Source: an uncultured Candidatus Poseidoniales archaeon
Lineage (GTDB): Archaea; Thermoplasmatota; Poseidoniia; Poseidoniales; Poseidoniaceae
Direction: 5' to 3'
Assembly: GCA_964516645.1 (NCBI GenBank)
Contig: CAZEXE010000004.1
Coordinates: forward strand, 1 to 41,232
DNA: 41,232 bases
The notes under the pieces were generated by a model that was not told the DNA's origin, did no database searches, and worked only from the letters and a program-made list of their open reading frames with translations. A program made the position numbers and the translations under genes. Shown piece by piece: positions 1 to 8,448 of the stretch. Every line of letters begins with the position of its first letter. The first letter of the stretch is position 1.

Positions 1-1383
1 TTATTCTTCTTCGTCTGAAACAAGTGATTCATCATACCAGGATTCTAAATGGGTAATTCGATCCTCATCTAGGCCAAGGGTCTTGGCTTGTAGTTGCAAG
101 AATTTCCTCTCTTCTTTGGTTACAATCATATCTTCCATGGCCAACTCATATGCTTCAAGATAAGTCTTTTCAGCAGCTGTGAACGATTCTGGCATTAAGC
201 GGCTTGAGAAACCATTGATTACAGAAAAGATTGGTTTACGTAATACGATAAGTGGTGCGCCAATCAAAACTCCTCCAATCCAGCCAGACCCTCCAACCAA
301 ATTTTCTACAAGCTCTGAGGCTACAAGGAATGCAATAGCTCCAATAGTTGCGAATATCGCTGTGCTGAATGTTCTACGTAACTTCTCATCGATTCCAAGT
401 ACATCGTTCTTCAATATAGCATATGTAAACATAGTTCCTTCGAATAAACCAGCAAACAATGAACTGAACAACCAAGCATACACTGCAAAGAAATAGTACT
501 TCATTGAATCTCCTACTTTCATTTCAACCATATCAGCAGCATTGAATTGACCATATACTGCAGATATGTAAATCATCATGAACAATGTTATTCCTTGGAA
601 GAAGGTTTTTCCTCCAAATCCTATGAAAATCGCTCTTGCTTCAGTTGCCTTCTGTGCAGACACTTCATCGTCCTCATCTAAGCTCAGTTTCTTCTGCGCA
701 TTACGCATAAACGCTAATGCGATGAATGCAGTCAAAACTGGACTCATCAACAAAAACCTTGCAAGGTTAGACTGTTCCATTACAACATAAGAGTATGGAG
801 TATGCTCTTTGAAACAATTACCCGTCATATCTTTCCCATCATAAGAAGTTTCGACAACCGCTGACCCTTCAGCACCACCTTCGGGACATTCGACATGCAA
901 TGAACCATTGATGGTCTCATATACTCCTCCAGAAGATGTGATTATTATGGCCATCAATGCTACAGCTATTGCTGGAAGGGCCCAATACAAATTGTTCTTG
1001 ATTGAATCTTTTGTCATGAACTTCAAAAATTTCACCGGATAAAATGAAGAAAGGGAGAGATACATCAATATCGATAGAAGATTCATTGTATAGAAGATTA
1101 CTCGCCAGTACTGCATTATTGGTAAAATCTCAGGTCCAAATGGATATATCGCATACCAAGTAACTATTGTCTTCAAACCTTCAACATACAACATCAATGA
1201 CATGAAGCGATTCTCAGGAGATTCAGGCCTTGCTCGAAAGATCATTGTCGCCAAAGTAAACAAGAAAATTAATGTTAAAATAGAAAGAAACGAATGTATA
1301 ATGCCTATTCCACCCCAGGCATATTCAAAATCAATATCTCGGAATGTTTTGAGATACCAAGCGAAGGACCCACTCTCTGTCAT
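1..1383 (-). CDS. Multi-pass membrane protein: N-terminal 7TM sensor-like region plus short C-terminal TerB-like helical motif
   Basis: About 460-aa ORF with many hydrophobic segments. N-terminal 'IFRARPESPENRFMSLML' resembles 7TM sensor modules; C-terminal 'DMIVTKEERKFLQLQAKTLGLDE' resembles TerB-like helices. Stop TAA at 1-3; ATG at 1383 (track starts at TTG 1386). Confidence 0.6.
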   Translation of the reverse strand: MTESGSFAWYLKTFRDIDFEYAWGGIGIIHSFLSILTLIFLFTLATMIFRARPESPENRFMSLMLYVEGLKTIVTWYAIYPFGPEILPIMQYWRVIFYTMNLLSILMYLSLSSFYPVKFLKFMTKDSIKNNLYWALPAIAVALMAIIITSSGGVYETINGSLHVECPEGGAEGSAVVETSYDGKDMTGNCFKEHTPYSYVVMEQSNLARFLLMSPVLTAFIALAFMRNAQKKLSLDEDDEVSAQKATEARAIFIGFGGKTFFQGITLFMMIYISAVYGQFNAADMVEMKVGDSMKYYFFAVYAWLFSSLFAGLFEGTMFTYAILKNDVLGIDEKLRRTFSTAIFATIGAIAFLVASELVENLVGGSGWIGGVLIGAPLIVLRKPIFSVINGFSSRLMPESFTAAEKTYLEAYELAMEDMIVTKEERKFLQLQAKTLGLDEDRITHLESWYDESLVSDEEE

Positions 1384-1466
1384 CAAACAGATGGTAGTTT
1401 ACAAAGTGCAAAAACTTACCTCCAATAATAACAATATATTTTGAACTAACCATACAACCGCCAATC

Positions 1467-2018
1467 ATGGAAGTCACCCGTGAATTCATCAGAATTTTTA
1501 CCCTCGTTACCGGACCGCTTGTGCTAGTTAGCTATGTTTACGGACTATCACGATTAGATGATAAAGCATCACTTTGGGGAGGAATCCCTGCTTCTTGGAC
1601 AACATACATTGTTCCATTTATGTTCTTGGCAGCAATTGGGTTCCTGATGTTTTGGTGGGTCTCTTTAATCAAAATCGATGTGTCTGTAATGGAATCACTC
1701 AGGTGGCCATGGGGTGAATCTGACGGCAATGGTGCTAAGCGTCTATTATTGGCATACGCACTATTTCTAATTCCTTCATTACTATGGATTGATAGTACAA
1801 TTTTCCACATGAATAACTCATATTCTTGGACTCCTTTCTTGGTTATTGGCATCCTAGGATTAGCCTCAATTGGCAACATAATGTTTGGACTGCTCGCATA
1901 TGGAGCATGGCAAGATGGAGTTGACGGTTCTGGAATGATGTTGCTTGGTTCTGTATTTTTAGCAATACAAGTCATTCTAAATGATTTCATTATCTGGTCT
2001 GCCAAATTCCCTTGGTAG
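1467..2018 (+). CDS. Hypothetical membrane protein (about 5 TM)
   Basis: 183-aa ATG ORF, hydrophobic and Trp-rich, fills the space between neighbours. Confidence 0.75.
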   Translation: MEVTREFIRIFTLVTGPLVLVSYVYGLSRLDDKASLWGGIPASWTTYIVPFMFLAAIGFLMFWWVSLIKIDVSVMESLRWPWGESDGNGAKRLLLAYALFLIPSLLWIDSTIFHMNNSYSWTPFLVIGILGLASIGNIMFGLLAYGAWQDGVDGSGMMLLGSVFLAIQVILNDFIIWSAKFPW

Positions 2019-2042
2019 AATCGCCAATTTTCCAATTGCGCC

Positions 2043-2807
2043 CTAATTGAAATTCGGTTTGCGTTTGGACAGGAATGCATCAACTCCTTCTGCGAATTCA
2101 GGTGTAGTTCCTGCAGCCTCGATCAGAGTTTGTTCATGCTTCAAGTGTGTTTCAAAATCGTTCATGTTTTGTGTTAACAAGAGATGCTTGGTTGCCTCTT
2201 TGGTATGATTGCCCCATTGTGACCAAGTATTAGCAATCTCGATTGCTCTATCAATCAGTTTCTCCTCTGAAACTACTTCATCGATTGCACCAAGTTCACA
2301 TGCTTCTTCAGCACTCCACACTTGATTCTCAAGGAAGAACCTGCGAGCGATCTGCTCTCCTACAAGTCGAGGCAATAGCCATGTTGTCCCCCCATCTGGA
2401 GATAGCCCGATACCAGAATATGATGCTGCCATCTTACCATTTGGACTGGCAATTCTTGCATCACATGCAAGTGCCAATCCAAGACCTCCACCTGCGGATG
2501 CACCATTGAGGGCTGCAACAAAGATGGTTTTCGAAGTCCTCATTTTCACCAGCATTGGATGAAGTATATCGGTCAATTCTCGGATTAGTTCAACGCTATC
2601 TCCGTCCTCAATCGATTTCTGAAAGGCTACGATATCAGCCCCTGCAGAGAAGAACTTGCCTTCACCTGTTATGACAATCGCTTTGCAACCAATATTATCC
2701 ATCACCGCATCTCGGATTTGCGGTAGGAATTTTCGACTGAACGACTGAGTAGCAGACCCACCTGTAAGTTGGATGAGAGTAATACCATCTCTCTGGCTTA
2801 CCTTCAT
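2043..2807 (-). CDS. Enoyl-CoA hydratase/isomerase family, PaaG-like isomerase
   Basis: Crotonase motifs FSAGADI and GGGLGLALACD. Lacks both hydratase Glu residues but has GLSPDGG, as in PaaG-type isomerases. Confidence 0.85.
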   Translation of the reverse strand: MKVSQRDGITLIQLTGGSATQSFSRKFLPQIRDAVMDNIGCKAIVITGEGKFFSAGADIVAFQKSIEDGDSVELIRELTDILHPMLVKMRTSKTIFVAALNGASAGGGLGLALACDARIASPNGKMAASYSGIGLSPDGGTTWLLPRLVGEQIARRFFLENQVWSAEEACELGAIDEVVSEEKLIDRAIEIANTWSQWGNHTKEATKHLLLTQNMNDFETHLKHEQTLIEAAGTTPEFAEGVDAFLSKRKPNFN

Positions 2808-2811
2808 ATTA

Positions 2812-4248
2812 TCACAACTTTACATTGACATTCTTGACCTTGGTGTAGAAATTGAGTGCATCTTTAGATTGCTCAATTCCAATTCCAGAATGTTTCCATC
2901 CTGTGAAAGCGGTTTGTGGGAATGTGATTGGGTATTCGTTGATACTGACCATTCCTGATTCGACATCTCTAGCGAAGCGGTGTGCTCGCGAGAGGTCATT
3001 AGTCCAAATTCCATTCAGAAGTCCGAACGGAGTATCGTTTGCCAGAGCGAGGGCTTCTGATTCCTCACTAAATTTGGTTACTGCAAGAACTGGGCCGAAC
3101 AATTCTTCTTGGAATAAGAGGTTATCAGAAGTTACACCTGTTACAACAGTCGCCTCCATGAATGCGCCATCTCTATCCAAAGCCTTTCCACCACAAACGA
3201 CTTCTCCGCCCTGCTCTAATCCCTTGGATAGCATATCCAATACATCATCACGGTGGGATGTGTGAACCATACTTCCCATTCTGACTCCTTCTTCCATACC
3301 TGGGCCAACTGGCCACTTAGAAATCTCAGCCACTATGGCTTCAACCAATTCATCATGAACATCTTCGTGAACAATCAATCGTGAACCAGCCCAACACATT
3401 TGTCCTGCATTCATGAAAATTCCAAAGCAAATCGCTTTTGCACAATAGCGAAGGTTTGCATCAGAGAATACAATATTTGCACCCTTGCCACCAAGTTCTA
3501 GAGTAACCGGAGTAAGATTCTCACTAGCCTTAGCCATCACAGCTTGTCCAGTAGGAACACCGCCGGTTAAGACTATTCCATCCACGCCCGCGTGACCTGC
3601 TAATGCATCTCCAATCAGACTACCAGAACCGGTAATGACTTGCAGAACATCTGCTGGAAGGCCAACTTCAGCCTCTTGCATTGCTTTCATCCAAGCAATC
3701 AAGGAAAGTGGAGTCCAAGAAGCAGGCTTAGCGATTACGGTACAACCTGCAGCAAGTGCAGGAGCAATTGAACGAATTGCTAATTGTAGCGGGAAATTCC
3801 ATGGGACGATGTGAGCAGTTACTCCAAGAGGTTGCCTCAAAGTGTAGTTTAGACGATTTCCTGGGACTGGAATTGTACTACCCTCAATCTTATCTGATAG
3901 TCCTGCAAAGTATTCCAAAGTCCATGCACCATAGCGAATCTCGCTCAATGCTTCACGGAATGTCTTGCCATTATTTGAGGACTCGATGGACGCTAGACTC
4001 TTTGCGTTTGCATAGGTTGCTGCAGCCATCTTCTGTAATACCCTGCCTCTTTGAGCGGGGTCCATTGCGGCCCAGTCCTTTGAATTTAGAGCCGCTCTTG
4101 ATGCGGCCACACATCTCTCAACATCTCCAATTGTTGCTTTGGGTGTTGTTGCAATTACTTCACCAGTAGCAGGGTTCAACACATCCGCGGTTGAACCACC
4201 TTCTGCATCGGTCCATTCGCCTGCAATCAACATCTGTTCGCTCGCCAT
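2812..4248 (-). CDS. NAD(P)-dependent aldehyde dehydrogenase
   Basis: PWNFP, LELGGKG (catalytic Glu), NAGQMC (catalytic Cys), EELFGPV. Start taken at ATG 4248 (MASEQ). Confidence 0.93.
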   Translation of the reverse strand: MASEQMLIAGEWTDAEGGSTADVLNPATGEVIATTPKATIGDVERCVAASRAALNSKDWAAMDPAQRGRVLQKMAAATYANAKSLASIESSNNGKTFREALSEIRYGAWTLEYFAGLSDKIEGSTIPVPGNRLNYTLRQPLGVTAHIVPWNFPLQLAIRSIAPALAAGCTVIAKPASWTPLSLIAWMKAMQEAEVGLPADVLQVITGSGSLIGDALAGHAGVDGIVLTGGVPTGQAVMAKASENLTPVTLELGGKGANIVFSDANLRYCAKAICFGIFMNAGQMCWAGSRLIVHEDVHDELVEAIVAEISKWPVGPGMEEGVRMGSMVHTSHRDDVLDMLSKGLEQGGEVVCGGKALDRDGAFMEATVVTGVTSDNLLFQEELFGPVLAVTKFSEESEALALANDTPFGLLNGIWTNDLSRAHRFARDVESGMVSINEYPITFPQTAFTGWKHSGIGIEQSKDALNFYTKVKNVNVKL

Positions 4249-4322
4249 GACCGAGGCGAGGGGGAACCGCCTCAAAGCCTCTCCCATCGAGGGTTGTCTT
4301 GATTAGCAAGCAGGCATAGCAT

Positions 4323-4991
4323 ATGTTGATGGCGAAGCGGATTGGCATCGCTGAGGCGACGACGACCAAAGTAACTGGGCGTCCTCCAATCTTGGTATTA
4401 ATCGCTGGTGCAACAGGGGTTGGAAAATCAACTACTGCAGTGAAAATCGCCAACGAGCATTCATTCGCTAGGCTTCTTTCGACTGATGCGATTCGTGAAA
4501 TCATGCGTGTTCAAGATACAAGTGAGAATCCCGCATTACATCGCTCTTCCTTCTCGAAGGGCGAATCAGGAGATGCGGTTCTTGACTGGCAAGACACATG
4601 CAAATCTGTAGAGGCAGGCGTTCTTGCGACAATCGAGAGAGCTCGACGTGAAGGTATCGATCTCATCTTAGAAGGCGTACACATTGAACCAAGTGCTCGT
4701 CTATTACGTTCTTGGAGTGACTCTGGAGGTATAGCAGTCGGTATTGTGATGTATGTTGATAATGAGTCACAACATACTAGTTTCCTGAAGCAAAGGGAAA
4801 GTCATTCTTTCAGAAATGCGGATAGATATATTTCTGCATTGCCACGAATTAGAGCCATACAAGATTCCCTAAAGGAAAAAGCAAGAATTGCTGATTGGAA
4901 TACTCTTGACCCAACGATAGTCAAAGATAGTCTAGACCGAGTTAACCATTGGCTAGACCTCGCTTGGAATGAATGGCGTAAGTCGCATTAA
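4323..4991 (+). CDS. 2-phosphoglycerate kinase-like P-loop kinase without ATP cone (candidate mevalonate-3-phosphate 5-kinase)
   Basis: GATGVGKST Walker A, STDAIREIMR and ILEGVH motifs of the 2-PGK family. Confidence 0.75.
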   Translation: MLMAKRIGIAEATTTKVTGRPPILVLIAGATGVGKSTTAVKIANEHSFARLLSTDAIREIMRVQDTSENPALHRSSFSKGESGDAVLDWQDTCKSVEAGVLATIERARREGIDLILEGVHIEPSARLLRSWSDSGGIAVGIVMYVDNESQHTSFLKQRESHSFRNADRYISALPRIRAIQDSLKEKARIADWNTLDPTIVKDSLDRVNHWLDLAWNEWRKSH

Positions 4992-5422
4992 TCATCCAAG
5001 TCGATTTCAAACGATATAACCCTAGTGAGCATCGAATTTCTATCTGCTGCCCCTAGTTCACTATACACTGAAACAACTCCATCCGATTCACTAACTGTGA
5101 TGTTCAGGAGTTTGAGTTCAACACCACGAATTTCACCATGATGTAATACATCATCGTGCACTGATTCAATCGATTTCTCAACACTTTCTAGTTCTGAAAG
5201 CCCAGAATCGTACCATATCTGAGCTCTTGCTTCAGTCAAAGCTGGAAGATTATCTGCAACATCTGATGATGCTTGAATCGTATCATCTCCTGCAGTATCA
5301 TAAGGCATAGAAATTCCTGCCATCTTGACACCGAAAATAGCCATAGAAAGCAAAGACATCATCAAAACAACCCCGGTTGCCAACAACATTTGGCCCCTAT
5401 CGTCTTTGTTTGTTGAGCGCAT
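4988..5422 (-). CDS. Pilin-like protein with class III signal peptide
   Basis: MRSTNKDDRG|QMLLATGVVLMMSLLSMAIF: charged leader, RG|Q cleavage motif, hydrophobic helix. ATG at 5422 overlaps the upstream TAA (TAATG coupling). Last gene of the pilus operon. Confidence 0.7.
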   Translation of the reverse strand: MRSTNKDDRGQMLLATGVVLMMSLLSMAIFGVKMAGISMPYDTAGDDTIQASSDVADNLPALTEARAQIWYDSGLSELESVEKSIESVHDDVLHHGEIRGVELKLLNITVSESDGVVSVYSELGAADRNSMLTRVISFEIDLDD

Positions 5423-5859
5423 TATGAACCACGCTCCCACAGATCCAGACTTATTGTCCACAAATGGTCATCGACCACAACTAAGCCGTGTGCATTGACA
5501 GTACTAGAGCCAGGAGTTGCAACCTCTCCATGAGGTTGGGAAGTACCTGAGTCCTTTGCTAACCAGCAATTTGCTTCGATTCCGCTTGCAAGATAATTTT
5601 GAACCAATTCGCATGCTTCATCATTTTGACCAGCAGCAAGCAACTCTGCTAATCGTGAATCATGATCGCTCTCTAATGACGGAGTTGCTAATCCCAAATT
5701 GATTGCATCCTCGCCAGCAAATTGCATTTCAGCATCTATCGAAATGCTCGCTTCATCAGGAATATGAACTGTGATGAGAAAAGCAGCCGTCATGAAAAAC
5801 AACCAAAACAAAGTCAACATTTCAAGGATGTGAATTTGTGCGCCCTCATCATTTTGCAC
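5422..5859 (-). CDS. Pilin-like protein with class III signal peptide
   Basis: MQNDEGA|QIHILEMLTLFWLFFMTAAFLI. GTG start preceded by GAGGTGA SD. Directly downstream of the platform genes. Confidence 0.7.
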   Translation of the reverse strand: MQNDEGAQIHILEMLTLFWLFFMTAAFLITVHIPDEASISIDAEMQFAGEDAINLGLATPSLESDHDSRLAELLAAGQNDEACELVQNYLASGIEANCWLAKDSGTSQPHGEVATPGSSTVNAHGLVVVDDHLWTISLDLWERGS

Positions 5860-5868
5860 AATATCACC

Positions 5869-7383
5869 TCAAGGCGAGAATGTTCCCGCAGATGGAGTCA
5901 ATGTCGGTAAAGCAGTGACACCAATTAAATCTGGCGTGAATACAATGACGTTGAAACAAAGCATAGCAAGCAAAATCATCAATCCTGAGTGCTTCATTCC
6001 ATTTGTGAAACGCCCGGTTGCCATCAAACCAGCCATCGAACCATTACCGAGTGCTTGCATGGTTACACCATAATAAAAAATCGTTAGGAAGAACAGTGGT
6101 TCAATATTTCGAATGACCATGTTTCCTAACTGCTGGCCTCCTCCACCATCTTCTGAATCAGAATTTGAACCAGCAATCGCTGGAATGAAAACCTTAGCTA
6201 GAACGACAATAACACCAAGGAAAACACCGTATGAAGTCCAAATAACCGAAATGTAGGACGCTATCGAACGTTTCCTTTCTCCTTCCAAGAACTTTATTTC
6301 ACGACTATCATTAGCAGCGGTTACAAGAATATCTGAAATCTTTCCACCAGCTCTATTCGCTTCAGAAATTAACGATATCGCACGTAAAACAAGTGGCGTG
6401 CCCACCCTATGAGCAAACATTTCGATAACATCACCAAATGCAACACCCCATGACAATTGGTCACTCATTTTCTTGACTTCATGATTCAGGGCACCGTATT
6501 CACTCGTCGCTAACGTTTGAACCGCCACCGTCATGGAAAGACCTCCTTTCCAATATTCTGCAAGGTCTCTCAAGAAATCAGGGAATTTTTCTTCCATCCT
6601 ATTTGTCTTCTCTTTGACTCTATCCCAGTAAAATGAAGCTGGCCAAAACATAATGAAGAATCCAAAGCCGAAGAAGTTCAGGAAAATCGTAGGTCTCAAA
6701 GAAAGTCCTCCGAGTTCAACTTCAGGTCCAATCCATTGTGATTTATTGTTCATGTTTTTTGGTAATCCATCGTAGTAATCCATCTCTAAGCGATAGGTCG
6801 CTTGCTGAACCTCGTTCTCAGAAATAATCACAATTGAGTAATAATTTCCTTTCTCCATATTTTGAACGGAAATTTCACATTTATCATTATTTGAGTGTGT
6901 ATTCCCGCTATATCTGTCAAGTTCTACACCTAGAGGGTCGTAAAGAATGAATGAATAATCTGAAGGTATCGCAGATTCCACACTACATGTACCGGTCAGT
7001 GGTTGTTCAGGACGCACATTGGCAGTTATATTTTCATCCATACCCGGAACATCAAACAATTGTCCTAGGCCAATGAATTCTTTCCATGGCTCTTCTGGAG
7101 TCATCACCAACACATCGGGGTGATCTTTGAGCAAACCGGATTGGCAGGACTCATTGTCATCAAATGTAGGAACATAATTTGGATCATATCCACATGCCAA
7201 ATTGATGAAAAGCGGTTGGCCATTAGGAGCGGTAGTGAAGTGTGAATTGGTTACCCAAAATGTGAATGATGCTGAGCCCAAGAAAATACATACACCAAGA
7301 ATTGCGTATAATTTAGTTAGAGTTGTGTCATCTTTTGGAAGATCCAATTTGACGATGATTTTCTCTTTCTTCTTGCGCGCTAT
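5869..7383 (-). CDS. Type IV pilus/T2SS-F platform protein (TadC/FlaJ-like) with an extra N-terminal extracytoplasmic domain
   Basis: C-terminal T2SSF domain (EEKFPDFLRDLAEYWKGGLS...YGAL...RAGGKISDIL). Start probably ATA at 7383 after GGAGGTGA; the track start is TTG 7347. Confidence 0.88.
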   Translation of the reverse strand: MARKKKEKIIVKLDLPKDDTTLTKLYAILGVCIFLGSASFTFWVTNSHFTTAPNGQPLFINLACGYDPNYVPTFDDNESCQSGLLKDHPDVLVMTPEEPWKEFIGLGQLFDVPGMDENITANVRPEQPLTGTCSVESAIPSDYSFILYDPLGVELDRYSGNTHSNNDKCEISVQNMEKGNYYSIVIISENEVQQATYRLEMDYYDGLPKNMNNKSQWIGPEVELGGLSLRPTIFLNFFGFGFFIMFWPASFYWDRVKEKTNRMEEKFPDFLRDLAEYWKGGLSMTVAVQTLATSEYGALNHEVKKMSDQLSWGVAFGDVIEMFAHRVGTPLVLRAISLISEANRAGGKISDILVTAANDSREIKFLEGERKRSIASYISVIWTSYGVFLGVIVVLAKVFIPAIAGSNSDSEDGGGGQQLGNMVIRNIEPLFFLTIFYYGVTMQALGNGSMAGLMATGRFTNGMKHSGLMILLAMLCFNVIVFTPDLIGVTALPTLTPSAGTFSP

Positions 7384-7398
7384 AATCTCACCTCCTCA

Positions 7399-8418
7399 TC
7401 ACATCTTTTGTTCTTGACTTGACGACCATACAATGAATGCGAACATTGCGTGAATCATTGGTAGAACCAATAAAACCACAGCGTACAAAGTGCTCTCTTC
7501 CATCTGAGCTCCAGCACCACTAACCCAGAACATAATAACCAGCATAACGATTAGGAACAGTGGCATTGCTACTGCAACAACAACATATGATTCCGCTAAC
7601 ATTGCCAGAGATTCCAAGAACTCTTGAAGGCGAGTTCTATTTTCACGCATGTAGTGTTCAGCACGATTTAGGAAATACAACTTCAGAGAACCACCAGCAG
7701 TAAGTGTGCCGACCATTCCTTGGAAGAATTCTGTCATCCATGGAGACGCGGCTCTATCAACTGCCATCTTCATTGCAGTCAACAAGTCATAACCTAACAA
7801 AGATACATCGCGATAAATCATAGCCGAATCATAGGCAATCTCTCCATAGATGTCTCCATTCAAAGCCAACGATTTGAAAATCTTGTGAGGTGTTGCGTTT
7901 GCAGCAGCCATTGCTGCGGTGTATGATGCTGCATAAGGAAGATACTTCTCAAGAGCAACTCCTCGAGCATGAGCCGACCTTGCAGCAGTGCCCTTCAGAT
8001 ATTTGTAAGTCCCAAATGGTACTAAGAGCCCAAGAAATATTGGGACCAAAATTTTAGCAATAGGTGGGAACACCATGTATTGGAAATATGGACAACCTCT
8101 ACTCTCGAGTGTTTCATCTACCAAGTCCGCATTCCAATACTCCCATTCGTAACATGCTAGAGCATAATTTAGGTCAGGCCTAGATTCATACCATGCAATC
8201 AATCCAATGTCCGGCATAAATATTCCAGCCAATAACATTCCACAGATTATCGTGACCGCTACAGTTGTAACGAATAATTGAGCCATGTATACCTCGGGCA
8301 TCATTGGCATATTACCCTTAACGAGGTCTTCAGAAAGTTTAGTATCGTTACGTGCCCTATTCTTGAACACTCTACCGAGTATGCGATGACAAATTTTCTG
8401 CCATGCAGTTAACTCCAA
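7399..8418 (-). CDS. Type IV pilus/T2SS-F platform protein (TadB/FlaJ-like)
   Basis: LPYAASYTAAMA...YGEI...GYDLLTAM...SPWMTEFFQG...LESLAMLAESYV. TTG start with GGAGGTG SD. Confidence 0.88.
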   Translation of the reverse strand: MELTAWQKICHRILGRVFKNRARNDTKLSEDLVKGNMPMMPEVYMAQLFVTTVAVTIICGMLLAGIFMPDIGLIAWYESRPDLNYALACYEWEYWNADLVDETLESRGCPYFQYMVFPPIAKILVPIFLGLLVPFGTYKYLKGTAARSAHARGVALEKYLPYAASYTAAMAAANATPHKIFKSLALNGDIYGEIAYDSAMIYRDVSLLGYDLLTAMKMAVDRAASPWMTEFFQGMVGTLTAGGSLKLYFLNRAEHYMRENRTRLQEFLESLAMLAESYVVVAVAMPLFLIVMLVIMFWVSGAGAQMEESTLYAVVLLVLPMIHAMFAFIVWSSSQEQKM

Positions 8419-8448
8419 TTATCACACCTCCAATTCAATTTACTTTAA

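Noticed and set aside
4253-4273. Hairpin GAGGCG-N9-CGCCTC upstream of the ALDH
   Set aside because: Only 6 bp with a 9-nt loop; it does not fit the 3-nt-spacer family and could be chance
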